A stretch of DNA of 64,000 bases. It comes from a virus. Positions 19,805 to 29,663 of this stretch are shown here, piece after piece (positions within the stretch are counted from its first letter, which is position 1; each line of letters opens with the position of its first letter). The notes under the pieces are model-generated. The model worked only from the letters and a program-made list of their open reading frames with translations, had not been told where the DNA came from and did no database searches. The stretch covers positions 64,001-128,000 of IMG/VR virus record IMGVR_UViG_3300033153_007754; one strand, written 5' to 3'. A program made the position numbers and the translations under genes.

Positions 19805-20361
19805 TAAAATTAATAACAAAAATAATTGATTTAATAACCTTAATATTTACTTTTTGGAAAGATAGAAAAAATAAAGACGATGTTAAAACAACTGGCATCA
19901 ATTCACTGAATGATTTAAATCTTACAACAGACGATTTTACAAATTTATGGTTACTAGCTAATGATAATAAAAATAAATTGATAAGATTAAGATTGAATAA
20001 AAAACAAAAAAAAGCAAATAAAGGTAAAATTGTGAACTGGGAAAAACAAGATGGGAAATCAACAATAATTTTATTACAGATTTTTATGGCTATGATAAAA
20101 GAAGTTAATAACGGAAAAAAATTTGGTTTAATATTAGATAGTGTTAGTAGATTTCAAAAAGTTGCTACTTTTTTAAAAGAAATCCAAAGCGCAAATAACA
20201 ACCTAAGGAATAATTTTAGTCTTTTAAAAATAGAAACAAACAAAACAATTACTTGTGATATAAATAACACTAAATTATACATAACATCTAAAAGAAAAAA
20301 AGATGATGATTTTAAAGCGCTTGATTTAAATTTTTTATTTGAGGATATAAATGAGATATAA
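19801..20361 (+). CDS. Degenerate terminase-ATPase-like protein
   Basis: KQDGKSTI versus TerL RQIGKTVV; FKALDLNFLFED versus FRGLSMNWVFVDE. Confidence 0.5.
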   Translation: MIKLITKIIDLITLIFTFWKDRKNKDDVKTTGINSLNDLNLTTDDFTNLWLLANDNKNKLIRLRLNKKQKKANKGKIVNWEKQDGKSTIILLQIFMAMIKEVNNGKKFGLILDSVSRFQKVATFLKEIQSANNNLRNNFSLLKIETNKTITCDINNTKLYITSKRKKDDDFKALDLNFLFEDINEI

Positions 20362-20935
20362 CAAACATTTTAGATGGTTTCTTGCATCTAATATTAATAA
20401 TAACCCAGCTTTAACATACGAAACAAAGCCGTTTATTGCTTTTGGTTATAACCCTGCTGTAAATACTGATACTGAACCTGATTTTAGTGATTTCGTGGGT
20501 GGTGGGTTTAATAAACTGGATAAAATAAAAATAGTTAAAGATAAAGAATTACTGGAAACACCACATATAACTATAAATGGTAGAGATTATTTATATCTTT
20601 CTAGTGTTTCCAACTTCGATACTTTTGATGACATAATTGGAAGTGTAGATATAAGTAAAGACGATGTTTTTTATCACTTACATTTACAAAAAGCTGTTGA
20701 TTTAACATACTATAAAAACAATACAATCCATGATAAAATTAATCAAATATTAATATTTTTAATTAAAAATAAAACTGGTTCGCCTTACAAATATGATGAT
20801 TACACACTTGATGAATTAAATTGTGATAATCTAACATCTGATTATGAGATAATCCCACTTGCTTTACAGTATACAACTATTTTAGATTTATCAGCCACTT
20901 CGGAATTATATTTTCAATTTGATGTAATTATTTAA
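20351..20935 (+). CDS. Putative baseplate protein (weakly gp8-like)
   Basis: FIAFG and INQILI patterns; late operon. Confidence 0.35.
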   Translation: MRYNKHFRWFLASNINNNPALTYETKPFIAFGYNPAVNTDTEPDFSDFVGGGFNKLDKIKIVKDKELLETPHITINGRDYLYLSSVSNFDTFDDIIGSVDISKDDVFYHLHLQKAVDLTYYKNNTIHDKINQILIFLIKNKTGSPYKYDDYTLDELNCDNLTSDYEIIPLALQYTTILDLSATSELYFQFDVII

Positions 20936-20995
20936 ATTTCTTTACTAATTAAATACAAAATACTATAATTATATTTTTCACAGGAAGGTATTATT

Positions 20996-21511
20996 ATGAA
21001 AAAGAATGAAGTCATTTTATCAATAAAATATGGTAAAAATGATAAATTAGAAGATTTATTTGGCACAATAAAAGAAAAAGGTTATGAAATGGAAATAATC
21101 GAATATAAAAATAGGTTTAATTTCTTTTCTTTCATTAAAAATATCTGGAATAAAATAAAAAAAACATATAATAAATATAATATTGAAATTGGTGGTGTTA
21201 TATTTGTAGTTGTTTTTATTGTGGTGGTGGGTTTATTAGGTCAATCTCTTTTCAAATACTTGAGTGAATCACAGCGAAAAAGTGATGATGAATATAAACA
21301 ATATTTGAAGACAACTATAGAAAAAAATATTACAATTGGTGTATCTAAAGATTGCTTAATAAAGTATAAAAAACCAGCAAATGAATTAATTCGTAATATA
21401 TACAAGGATAGATATTCTGATATAGGTTCTTCACCAAAAAAGGATAAAGAAATAGAACTTGAAATAAACAAATCTTTAAATGAACTATGTGAAGGTTTTG
21501 TTAATGAATAA
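20996..21511 (+). CDS. Single-pass membrane protein, paralog A
   Basis: Central TM; two Cys; ends LCEGFVNE. Confidence 0.75.
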   Translation: MKKNEVILSIKYGKNDKLEDLFGTIKEKGYEMEIIEYKNRFNFFSFIKNIWNKIKKTYNKYNIEIGGVIFVVVFIVVVGLLGQSLFKYLSESQRKSDDEYKQYLKTTIEKNITIGVSKDCLIKYKKPANELIRNIYKDRYSDIGSSPKKDKEIELEINKSLNELCEGFVNE

Positions 21512-21533
21512 ATTATTATAAAATGGTGGTGTT

Positions 21534-22049
21534 ATGGATAAGAATGAAGTTGCATTATTAATTAAATATAATGAAGAGGATAAGTTAGAAAACCTGTTTT
21601 TAGGAATCAAAGAAAAAGGTTACGAAATGGAGATAATTGAATATAAAAGGAAGTTTAAACCCGTTTCGTTTATTAATATTATTTTATCTGGATACAAGGA
21701 TATATATATTAAATATTATAGAGAAATCTGGGTTACTATAATCTCAATATTTTTTTTACTTCTAATATCAGTTACATACACATTCACCTCTGATTTAGCA
21801 AAATCCTTAAATAAAAATGATGATGGTGGGTATGATTTATTTTTAAAGAAAAGTATACAAAAAAATATTACAATGGGTGTGTCTGGGTCTTGTTTAAAAA
21901 CATATAGTAAAACAGCAAATAATATTATTAAGAAAATATACACCCATAATCGTACTAATATAGGTTATTCACCCAAAGAAGATAATAAAATAAATAATAA
22001 AATAAACAAGTCTTTAAATGGACTATGTGAAGGTTTTGTTAATGAATAA
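21534..22049 (+). CDS. Single-pass membrane protein, paralog B
   Basis: Same length and same termini as paralog A. Confidence 0.75.
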   Translation: MDKNEVALLIKYNEEDKLENLFLGIKEKGYEMEIIEYKRKFKPVSFINIILSGYKDIYIKYYREIWVTIISIFFLLLISVTYTFTSDLAKSLNKNDDGGYDLFLKKSIQKNITMGVSGSCLKTYSKTANNIIKKIYTHNRTNIGYSPKEDNKINNKINKSLNGLCEGFVNE

Positions 22050-22373
22050 ATGGAGATGTATATGGAAGATTTATTGGGTTCAATTTTCACCGTAATTGTA
22101 GTTTTTGGTTCTTTCCCAGTAATACATAATTTTATAACCAAGGATTACCAGGAAACAAATAAAAAGCGCAATGACTTCAAGAAAAAACAAGTAGAACTAG
22201 TTATTAAAAAAGGTGTGTCAGAAGTATGTATTTTAAAGTATAAAAAATCAAGCAATAAAATAATCAATGACATTTATTATAAACATAAAAGGGTGATTGG
22301 AGAAAGCTTTAAAAAAGATACTGAAATTGAATATGAAATATATGATGCATTAGAACAATTATGTGGTGTTTAA
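22050..22373 (+). CDS. Single-pass membrane protein, paralog C (lacks the N-terminal domain)
   Basis: GVSEVCILKYKK...IGES.KKD...LCGV. Confidence 0.7.
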   Translation: MEMYMEDLLGSIFTVIVVFGSFPVIHNFITKDYQETNKKRNDFKKKQVELVIKKGVSEVCILKYKKSSNKIINDIYYKHKRVIGESFKKDTEIEYEIYDALEQLCGV

Positions 22374-22786
22374 ACTAATTCTAAAAGAAAGTGGTATTTA
22401 TCATCTTTTCCCCAAAAATGAGACAATGTATAAACATCATCTTCATACATTTTTTTTAATGCATTCCCAACATCCACAATTGAGTTGGGTACAATTTCCA
22501 AATATTCTTTTACAATATGAGCATATGAAGAATTTTTTAAAAAATCTTTGCCGTAATTGTCTATTAAAGCCTTTTTGAAATCATTTATTACTTCATTAGC
22601 ATCATAATATATATATGATGCCTTGTTTTTCAACATTTTTTTAATTCTTTTTGCATTTTGAATTAAAAGCCGTTCATTCAACACTTTTAATTCACCCTTG
22701 ATTACTTTCTTTTCATTTCTTTTATTTTTCATTCCATAATAACTTAACATACTACCTCCTAAAAGTAAAAGACAACCCGTTATCAT
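22370..22786 (-). CDS. Hypothetical protein with N-terminal hydrophobic segment
   Basis: ORF; TTGACA upstream. Confidence 0.5.
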   Translation of the reverse strand: MITGCLLLLGGSMLSYYGMKNKRNEKKVIKGELKVLNERLLIQNAKRIKKMLKNKASYIYYDANEVINDFKKALIDNYGKDFLKNSSYAHIVKEYLEIVPNSIVDVGNALKKMYEDDVYTLSHFWGKDDKYHFLLELV

Positions 22787-23056
22787 AACATAACTAATTT
22801 TTCTTCATTTGTCAAGCTGTTTTTTAGTTTTTAGTTTATATCACCGACCTGAATGTCGATGTTTCGTAGTAATTTATGTGAAGTTTTAAAGGATGTTTAG
22901 CGTTTAATATATTTGAAAATCTTTTTTAACAATAACAACACACCACTTATATTTATTTTAGTTCCTTGCTTATCTAAACCAACTTTTCTGGTTATAGCAT
23001 TAAATTCACTCATTGAAAGTTTTTTAGACTTTTCTAATGCTTTTTTTAATGAGATT

Positions 23057-23311
23057 TTATTGTTCATCATAAGTCAACTTAAAAACATCTGGTTTACACG
23101 GGTAAAATTCACCTGTAACACCTTTTATTATATAATCCCCAATACTAGTATTCATTACACCTTCAAGCGTCTTAATCGGGATGTTTGATGTGTCATTGAT
23201 ATCACCACAATCTTTTCCTATAAACTCAATACATTCTTGAAAGGATTTTTTACTTCCATCAAACAAAACAGCTTTAACAACAATTCTTTTTTTTACATAT
23301 TCTTTAATCAT
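23057..23311 (-). CDS. Conserved phage protein (TLEG...GDYIIKGV.GEFYPCKPD family)
   Basis: Signature of a widespread phage family of unknown function. Confidence 0.8.
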   Translation of the reverse strand: MIKEYVKKRIVVKAVLFDGSKKSFQECIEFIGKDCGDINDTSNIPIKTLEGVMNTSIGDYIIKGVTGEFYPCKPDVFKLTYDEQ

Positions 23312-23337
23312 TACTTTTTACCTCATCAAATATTAAT

Positions 23338-23852
23338 TTATATAACTTCTTTACCATTAAGAAATAATATTTCATACTCTTTAGTGCCATCTTTTTTCCC
23401 AGCCTTATAAATTGCCTGATATGACATTATCCCGTTTTCATACCACGCAATTTCAATACCATCTTGATATCCATTTTTAAACTTCCGTTCTAATTCTTTA
23501 TATCATAATACCATGTTGCCAATCCATGGATTTCCCCATTTTTATAATTAAATTCTTCTACTTTTTTACCACCAACCCACCTTAAACAAGTTTTACCATG
23601 TAATTTACCTTTTTTATAATGTTCAACTAATCTTAAACCAGAAAAAAATGACACAAATCTACCATGTTTTTTTCCATTTTTATAATAACCTTTTTCTTCA
23701 ACCTCACCATTATCATCCCATTCAATAAATATACCATGCAACCTATCTTTATTATAATGTTTTATAGCCTTTAAATCACCATTCTGGTATTCTCTGTGTT
23801 CACCATTTTTAACAATCTTCTTTTCTTTCTTAATTGATTTGCTTTTAGTCAT
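23338..23852 (-). pseudogene. MORN-variant (YwqK-like) repeat protein with frameshift near 23495
   Basis: YKNGKKHG-type repeats continue in the -1 frame (KFKNGYQDGIEIAWYENG) to a TAA at 23338. Confidence 0.75.
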
Positions 23853-23875
23853 TTATCCCCTTAATGAATTAAAAT

Positions 23876-24169
23876 TTATAAAGAATATTTTTTTTTTATG
23901 TCATCCAAAGTTAGTGTACCATTTTTTTCTAATATCTTTATTATTATATGAAATGGTGTATATGTTGGTAAATCACAACCATCTTCAATCCTAAAACCAA
24001 TACCATCAGAGTCAAAAATATTAAAAGTAATTTCGCAATTAAGCATATTACCAATCATTTCCGCCATTTTTGAAGCGGCATCATATACTTTATTTTCATA
24101 TTTATTTATATTCTCATGCAATTTTTTAATTTTTTTTATATCATCTTTCATATCAACACCCAATAACAC
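23876..24169 (-). CDS. Early hypothetical protein
   Basis: Behind cassette 3; true start probably ATG 24151. Confidence 0.6.
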   Translation of the reverse strand: MLLGVDMKDDIKKIKKLHENINKYENKVYDAASKMAEMIGNMLNCEITFNIFDSDGIGFRIEDGCDLPTYTPFHIIIKILEKNGTLTLDDIKKKYSL

Positions 24170-24223
24170 ATGGCTTAATTACCATGTATTGATAGTATAC
24201 ATATGTTACAAATAAATTGTCAA
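24170..24223 (-). promoter_or_regulatory. Early promoter + stem-loop cassette, copy 3
   Basis: TTGACA-18-TATACT, ATGGT-AATTAA-GCCAT. Confidence 0.8.
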
Positions 24224-24235
24224 GTATTTTTTTCA

Positions 24236-24535
24236 TCATTTGATTTTGCATATCTCATTGATTAGTTTAATTGCAGGAATTACATCAACTGTGCCACTCA
24301 TTTTTTTTTCTTTTTCTGATATTATATTTAACATAGATTTAACACATTTATTTTCCAACATTTCGATTGTTTCAAAATGTTTTGATATTATTGGTGAATT
24401 ATATTTTTTTCCTTCTTTAAATACAATAACAATTGTTACAAAAAAGGTAATAATGGATAAAATGATAATGTAAGGTATAAGGAAATCAATCTTATTAAAT
24501 AATTTATTTAACATTTTTAACACCACACATCTCAT
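24236..24535 (-). CDS. Single-pass membrane protein, two-Cys family
   Basis: TM; ENKCVKSM...INEIC. Confidence 0.65.
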   Translation of the reverse strand: MRCVVLKMLNKLFNKIDFLIPYIIILSIITFFVTIVIVFKEGKKYNSPIISKHFETIEMLENKCVKSMLNIISEKEKKMSGTVDVIPAIKLINEICKIK

Positions 24536-24773
24536 TGATTTCTTTAATTATTTTAATTCTCTTACTACTGCTTTCCCCTGATGTTTTTATCATAGAATTA
24601 ACACACTTATTTTCAGATAACCCCATAACACTATAATGGTTTGATAGTTTTTTATGCGTTTCCCCATTTTCATTGTGTTCATCAATTAATATTATAGTTG
24701 CTGTTATAAACATGAGAATTAACACAATAAAGAATGTACTCATTACATAATCCATAAAATTCATATCGTTCAT
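24504..24773 (-). CDS. Single-pass membrane protein, two-Cys family
   Basis: TM; ENKCVNSM...INEMCGV. Confidence 0.65.
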   Translation of the reverse strand: MNDMNFMDYVMSTFFIVLILMFITATIILIDEHNENGETHKKLSNHYSVMGLSENKCVNSMIKTSGESSSKRIKIIKEINEMCGVKNVK

Positions 24774-24789
24774 TTAAAAACCTCCTTAT

Positions 24790-27570
24790 TTAACATTTAG
24801 AATTACCACACGATTTACATATTTCACAACCACCTTCAAACACCATATTTTCACCACATTCATCACAAGTAACACCTTTTACGATGCTTCCTTCTAAATA
24901 TGTTTTTAATAATTTTTTAACCTGAAATAAAAATGAATAAATTGGTGGTTCAACATTTTCAATCGAATTTATTATTTCTATAATAGGTATTCTATGTCTT
25001 AATAACATAGATATAATCCTAGACATCTTTTGTATATTAGATTGCTTATGTGACTTACCTTCTAATTCTTTAACTAACTCAGGTTTTAAATGTAAATAAG
25101 CAAGTTTTAAAAGTTCCGTTTCAACATTATTCGTCAATAATCTTGTTTCAGTACTATTTGTAAAGGTAAATATGTCATACGGTAAATTAGTTTCAGAATC
25201 AGGTGTTATAAAAACATACCATTTTCGATATTCACTTTTAATTATTTTTCTAATAACATTATTTACATCCGGATTCATAGATTTAACATCTTGTAAAACA
25301 GGTGAATCTAATTTATACTTTGTTTCTGTTTGGTTTTCCTTAACAGAACTTAATACATTACCCCTGCAACCATCTCTATAAACAGTTATACCTTTCAGTC
25401 CATTTTTCCAAGCTGATTTATATATATCACTTATAACACTTTTATCAACACTTTCAGGTAAATTCACTGTTGAAGAAATTGATGAAGTAATATGTTTTTG
25501 TATAGTTGCTTGCATTTTAATACGATATTCATAATCAATATTTTCAGCTTCAACAAAAATTTCTTTACTGCATTTCTCACCTTCAATTTCTTCATATCTT
25601 TTCAATGTATGATGTTGTGTTATCATTTCAAGAGTTTCATCACCAGATTTAACTTTTCTTACTTGTTGAATACTATAAACAGGTTCAATTCCAGCAGAAC
25701 AATTATCATGTGTCAAAGAAATTGAACCATTTGGTGCAACCGTTGTTAAAGATACATTTCTAATACCATGTATTTGTAACTTTTTTTGATATTCACTACT
25801 TAATGTTTTAAAATAATCATGATTTTTAAAGTTTTTTATTTCTTGGTTTTCTGAGTGTTTCACCATATATGGAAAAGCGCCCCTTTCAATAGCTAAATCT
25901 ATAGATGTCTTAATAGTTTGATTCTTTATAAAAGACATTAAATCATCAACAACTTTAATTGCTTCATCAGAATCATATTTAATACCTAAAAATGCTAACA
26001 TATCTGCTAAACCAGTTATACCTAAACCAATTCGTCTACCATCTAATAGTTTTATTTTGTTTGCTAATAATGGTTGTTTATCTTGGTTGATTTCAACGAT
26101 ATTATCTAATCCACGAATTAATAATTCAACACTTTTACTTAATTTATCATAGTCTATAACTGCATTTTTCCTAAAAGGATTTATTACAAAATTATGTAAA
26201 ACAATAGAACCTAAATTACAACTTTCGTTTGCAGACATAGGAATTTCACCGCAATTATGAACCAAACATGTAGAATCACATACATCATTATTAATATAAA
26301 AATTATGGTTATCTTCAACCGTTAAATCATACACATCAATACTTTCATTTAAATCTTCTATTTTTATTACTTTAACAGTATATTCTTGATAATTATATGG
26401 ATTAAAATTATCATGGATAGCCATACCCAATGTATTCTTTGCTTCTGTATATGTTCCATCTAGGTTGGCAATTAAATGTTCTGGCGTACATACAAAATCA
26501 AATCCATTACTTAAATATAATTTTATAACTTTTTTATGTCCTGTTTTAAAGGCAATTGCATTTTTAACTTCACAAACCCATTCTTTACCATTGTGTTTGG
26601 CAGAATAAACTGGGAATTCTTTATTTTCTTCAGATAATACCCTAATATCTACACCACCACGACCATCAGCAACAGCAATACTTGTATCACCAGCAAAACA
26701 CGGGTTAGTAGTGACATATTTAAAATGTTCAATCTGATTTGCTGGGTCATTTTTCAATATAGCATCATTAAATAAACAAGCTGGTTCAGCATCGGAATGA
26801 TTGTTATCAATAAATGCTTCCCATATATCACCTACTCTAAAATTCTTTTTAAAGACATCACCATTTTCAAGTTTAAATGCTGTTTCCCATTCAGCATCCA
26901 TTTCATTATTATATACTAATCCCATAAACTTATCTGTCATTTGAATGGATATATTCGCATTTTCTATTTTGGTTTTATCACCATGTTTAATTTTAATGAA
27001 ATCCATCACGTCTGGGTGGTTGATGGAAATTGTTAAAATTAATGCTCCACGTCTTCCGTTTTGTGCTATTATCCCAGTTGCAGTAGAAAATAAATCCATA
27101 AATGAAACCGCACCAGTTGATATTTTTGCGGAATTATTAACTGGTGCACCTTTTGGTCTTAATTTAGAAATATCAAAACCAACACCACCGCCCATTTTCA
27201 TGATGTTCATCATATCTTTATTTGTTGCTGATATGCCATCTATAGAGTCTTTTTCTATATCTAATACAAAACAGTTAGATAGCGTTGATTTGGTGTCATA
27301 CGGGTTATTTAGTGCATATAAAACCCTACCGGCGAATGTTATTAGATTATTATCAAATTGTTCCTTAAATATTTCATACCATTTTGAATAATCATTTTTA
27401 AAAGAATCCCTTTCACACTTTGCCATTCCACCAGCCAGCCTATGATTCATATCTTTTTTACTCATTTCCAATACGTTATTATCTTTATCTGTTAATGCAT
27501 ATTTATTATAAAACACGAATGTTGATAAATCATGTTTATGTTTTTCAAGTAAGACATTTTTCTTTTCCAT
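24790..27570 (-). CDS. nrdJ: Class II (AdoCbl-dependent) ribonucleotide reductase with intein
   Basis: LSNCFV, GGGVG, RRGA, TNPC/GE, RRIGLG, APNGSIS, KGITVYRDG; C-terminal CDECG...EGGCEICKSCG. Confidence 0.92.
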   Translation of the reverse strand: MEKKNVLLEKHKHDLSTFVFYNKYALTDKDNNVLEMSKKDMNHRLAGGMAKCERDSFKNDYSKWYEIFKEQFDNNLITFAGRVLYALNNPYDTKSTLSNCFVLDIEKDSIDGISATNKDMMNIMKMGGGVGFDISKLRPKGAPVNNSAKISTGAVSFMDLFSTATGIIAQNGRRGALILTISINHPDVMDFIKIKHGDKTKIENANISIQMTDKFMGLVYNNEMDAEWETAFKLENGDVFKKNFRVGDIWEAFIDNNHSDAEPACLFNDAILKNDPANQIEHFKYVTTNPCFAGDTSIAVADGRGGVDIRVLSEENKEFPVYSAKHNGKEWVCEVKNAIAFKTGHKKVIKLYLSNGFDFVCTPEHLIANLDGTYTEAKNTLGMAIHDNFNPYNYQEYTVKVIKIEDLNESIDVYDLTVEDNHNFYINNDVCDSTCLVHNCGEIPMSANESCNLGSIVLHNFVINPFRKNAVIDYDKLSKSVELLIRGLDNIVEINQDKQPLLANKIKLLDGRRIGLGITGLADMLAFLGIKYDSDEAIKVVDDLMSFIKNQTIKTSIDLAIERGAFPYMVKHSENQEIKNFKNHDYFKTLSSEYQKKLQIHGIRNVSLTTVAPNGSISLTHDNCSAGIEPVYSIQQVRKVKSGDETLEMITQHHTLKRYEEIEGEKCSKEIFVEAENIDYEYRIKMQATIQKHITSSISSTVNLPESVDKSVISDIYKSAWKNGLKGITVYRDGCRGNVLSSVKENQTETKYKLDSPVLQDVKSMNPDVNNVIRKIIKSEYRKWYVFITPDSETNLPYDIFTFTNSTETRLLTNNVETELLKLAYLHLKPELVKELEGKSHKQSNIQKMSRIISMLLRHRIPIIEIINSIENVEPPIYSFLFQVKKLLKTYLEGSIVKGVTCDECGENMVFEGGCEICKSCGNSKC
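26254..26700 (-). mobile_element. Mini-intein (149 aa) at the RNR active-site NP/CGE
   Basis: Starts CFAGDT, block B CTPEH, ends VYDLTVEDNHNF...LVHN followed by C. Confidence 0.93.
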
Positions 27571-27606
27571 ATTAATGACCTTATTATTGTTAAATTATTA
27601 ATAAAA

Positions 27607-28290
27607 TTATTTCTTTTTAGTTATTTTCTTTTTGGTTGTTTTTTTAGTTTTATTAACTGTTTTTGGTTTTGTATTTTTTTTAGATTTAACAGTGACTTTT
27701 ACCACAGCAGTTTTAGATTGTTCGCCATTACTCGAATCGAATCCGATGGTAGTTTTATTGTCATTGGTTACACTATCAATAACCTCATCCAACACACCTT
27801 TTTTTTGTTCTTTTGGGAATAAATAATCTACATTATTATTAACCCTAGTTATAGATTTAACTCTTATAAAATTCAAGTTAAATTTTTCTTTTTTGATATA
27901 AAGGTTTATTAAAGAAAGTTTGTTAATAAAAATAGGTATAAGTGTATATCCACCAATGTCAAGACTTATTAATAAATTTCTTGTGGTTTCTAAATCCAAA
28001 ACCCGTTCTTTTTTGTTTACTTCTGTATATGTTAATTTAATGGCATAGACTTTTCCACCCGAAAATGAAACATATATTTTACGTATGTTTTTGTTCTTGT
28101 TTAAATAGTGTTGTAACTCAGTGGCTACCAATACAGCTCTTTTATCACCACCTAAATAATGAAACCCAACAGCCTCTTTTTCTAAAAGAACTGTGATGAT
28201 TTCTTCCTGAATTTTAAACACACCATATTGATTATCATCTTTTTGTAACACTCTGAATTCTTCACTTCTTAACATATTGTACCCTCTCAA
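27607..28290 (-). CDS. Hypothetical protein with K/T-rich tail
   Basis: ORF. Confidence 0.55.
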   Translation of the reverse strand: MRGYNMLRSEEFRVLQKDDNQYGVFKIQEEIITVLLEKEAVGFHYLGGDKRAVLVATELQHYLNKNKNIRKIYVSFSGGKVYAIKLTYTEVNKKERVLDLETTRNLLISLDIGGYTLIPIFINKLSLINLYIKKEKFNLNFIRVKSITRVNNNVDYLFPKEQKKGVLDEVIDSVTNDNKTTIGFDSSNGEQSKTAVVKVTVKSKKNTKPKTVNKTKKTTKKKITKKK

Positions 28291-28363
28291 AATAAAAATT
28301 AATTATATAATGTAAAACATATTTAGTAAAAATATAATAAATAATTTTTTTAGGTAGTATTAA

Positions 28364-29116
28364 ATGTATATTGGCAAAATAAAATATGTTAAAGATAATG
28401 AAATAAGAGTGTTAGTTTATGGTGTTTTTGATGATGATATGCCAACAACAAATTACCCGAAAGCAATATTAACCTCTTCTTTAAATATTAAAAATGGAAT
28501 TGGTATTAATAATAAAATATCGGTAGGTGATAATGTTATTTGTGCATTCTTAAATGGTGATTATTCACAACCAATTATATTAGGTTTCATAAATAACGAA
28601 AATGACACAAAAGAATCTTGGTTTAATTCTAATACTATGGATATTAAAACAAAATCTGGTTATGGGATTTCTATAAGAAATGTTGATGAAAATAAAAATT
28701 TTGATATTGATTTTGATGGTGAAATTAATATTAATAAAACAGATGATAATTATAAAAGTGTTCTTAAGCAATTGAATGATTTAAGGGATATTTTAAATAG
28801 TTTTATTAATAAATACAACACACATAAACATGAAACATTAAATTCACAGGGAATAAAAGGTAAGGCTTTGGGTATGGGCGAAACTACCAACATACAAGGC
28901 GATAAATCTATCCCAGAATTAAATGAAGCTGCCATTCGTGCAGCAATACCAGCCAATTTAGGTATAGACCCAGTAACAGGTTTAACGGCCGTACAAATAG
29001 GCGCAATGTTAGCAATCAATATACCTGAAACAGCTCGAATAATGGCTATATTAAGTGGTGAAACTGAAAGTACTGATGGTGATTATAATGTTGAATTTAA
29101 AAGTAAAAGTAAGTAG
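28364..29116 (+). CDS. Baseplate central spike, gp5 OB-fold type without lysozyme domain
   Basis: IRVLVYG, VGDNVICAFLNGDYSQPIILG, HKH apex-like motif. Confidence 0.8.
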   Translation: MYIGKIKYVKDNEIRVLVYGVFDDDMPTTNYPKAILTSSLNIKNGIGINNKISVGDNVICAFLNGDYSQPIILGFINNENDTKESWFNSNTMDIKTKSGYGISIRNVDENKNFDIDFDGEININKTDDNYKSVLKQLNDLRDILNSFINKYNTHKHETLNSQGIKGKALGMGETTNIQGDKSIPELNEAAIRAAIPANLGIDPVTGLTAVQIGAMLAINIPETARIMAILSGETESTDGDYNVEFKSKSK

Positions 29117-29121
29117 TAGTT

Positions 29122-29448
29122 TTACTTTTTTTTGAAGTCGTTGATGATTTTATTTATTTCATCAAGTTTTGCTTTAAATTCCTGTTCTATATCTCTTTTT
29201 TCTGAATAACATTCTATCCTATCACCAAAAATCTCAAACTCTAAGTAATCATCATTATTTTCATATTCCAGTTGTATAGAATTTCGATATGTTGGAAAAA
29301 CTTCAAATCCATTTAAATCAGTTATTTTATTTATTGTTTCTTTTGTTTTTACCACGACGTTATTAGTGAAACAAGGTGTTCCATCATCAATCCAAGCATC
29401 ATTTTCTATTCTGAAATCATCAACTACACTTAATAGTTCTTCTAACAT
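29122..29448 (-). CDS. Hypothetical protein, single-copy relative of the 42387..43055 repeat
   Basis: IQLEYENNDDYLEFEI versus LVLEYDNGDNFIDFDI. Confidence 0.65.
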   Translation of the reverse strand: MLEELLSVVDDFRIENDAWIDDGTPCFTNNVVVKTKETINKITDLNGFEVFPTYRNSIQLEYENNDDYLEFEIFGDRIECYSEKRDIEQEFKAKLDEINKIINDFKKK

Positions 29449-29491
29449 TTAAACCTCAAAAAAAATTACAAATTTATTTATTCTTGAATTG

Positions 29492-29588
29492 AAAAAGGGG
29501 ATAAACAACCGAATTGTTATTTACCCCCTTTTTACTAGGAGAATCGTATGATAATGAAACAACCAAAAGAAGAAGTAACCCATCAACA
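29492..29588 (-). ncRNA. Candidate small RNA containing an anti-SD tract
   Basis: TTGACA-17-AATAAT upstream; terminator hairpin whose two plus-strand mismatches are G-U pairs on the minus strand. Confidence 0.5.
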
Positions 29589-29663
29589 TAACTATTATTG
29601 CATTTATTATTATCTTTGTCAAGTTTTTTTTAAATAAATATCTTATATTATCAGGATTTTTTT

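Noticed and set aside
23338-23500. Stop-codon reassignment (TAG read-through)
   Set aside because: Repeats continue in another frame; TAG and TGA terminate conserved genes such as portal and TerL normally.
26254-26700. Homing endonuclease in the intein
   Set aside because: Only 149 aa; no LAGLIDADG or HNH motif.
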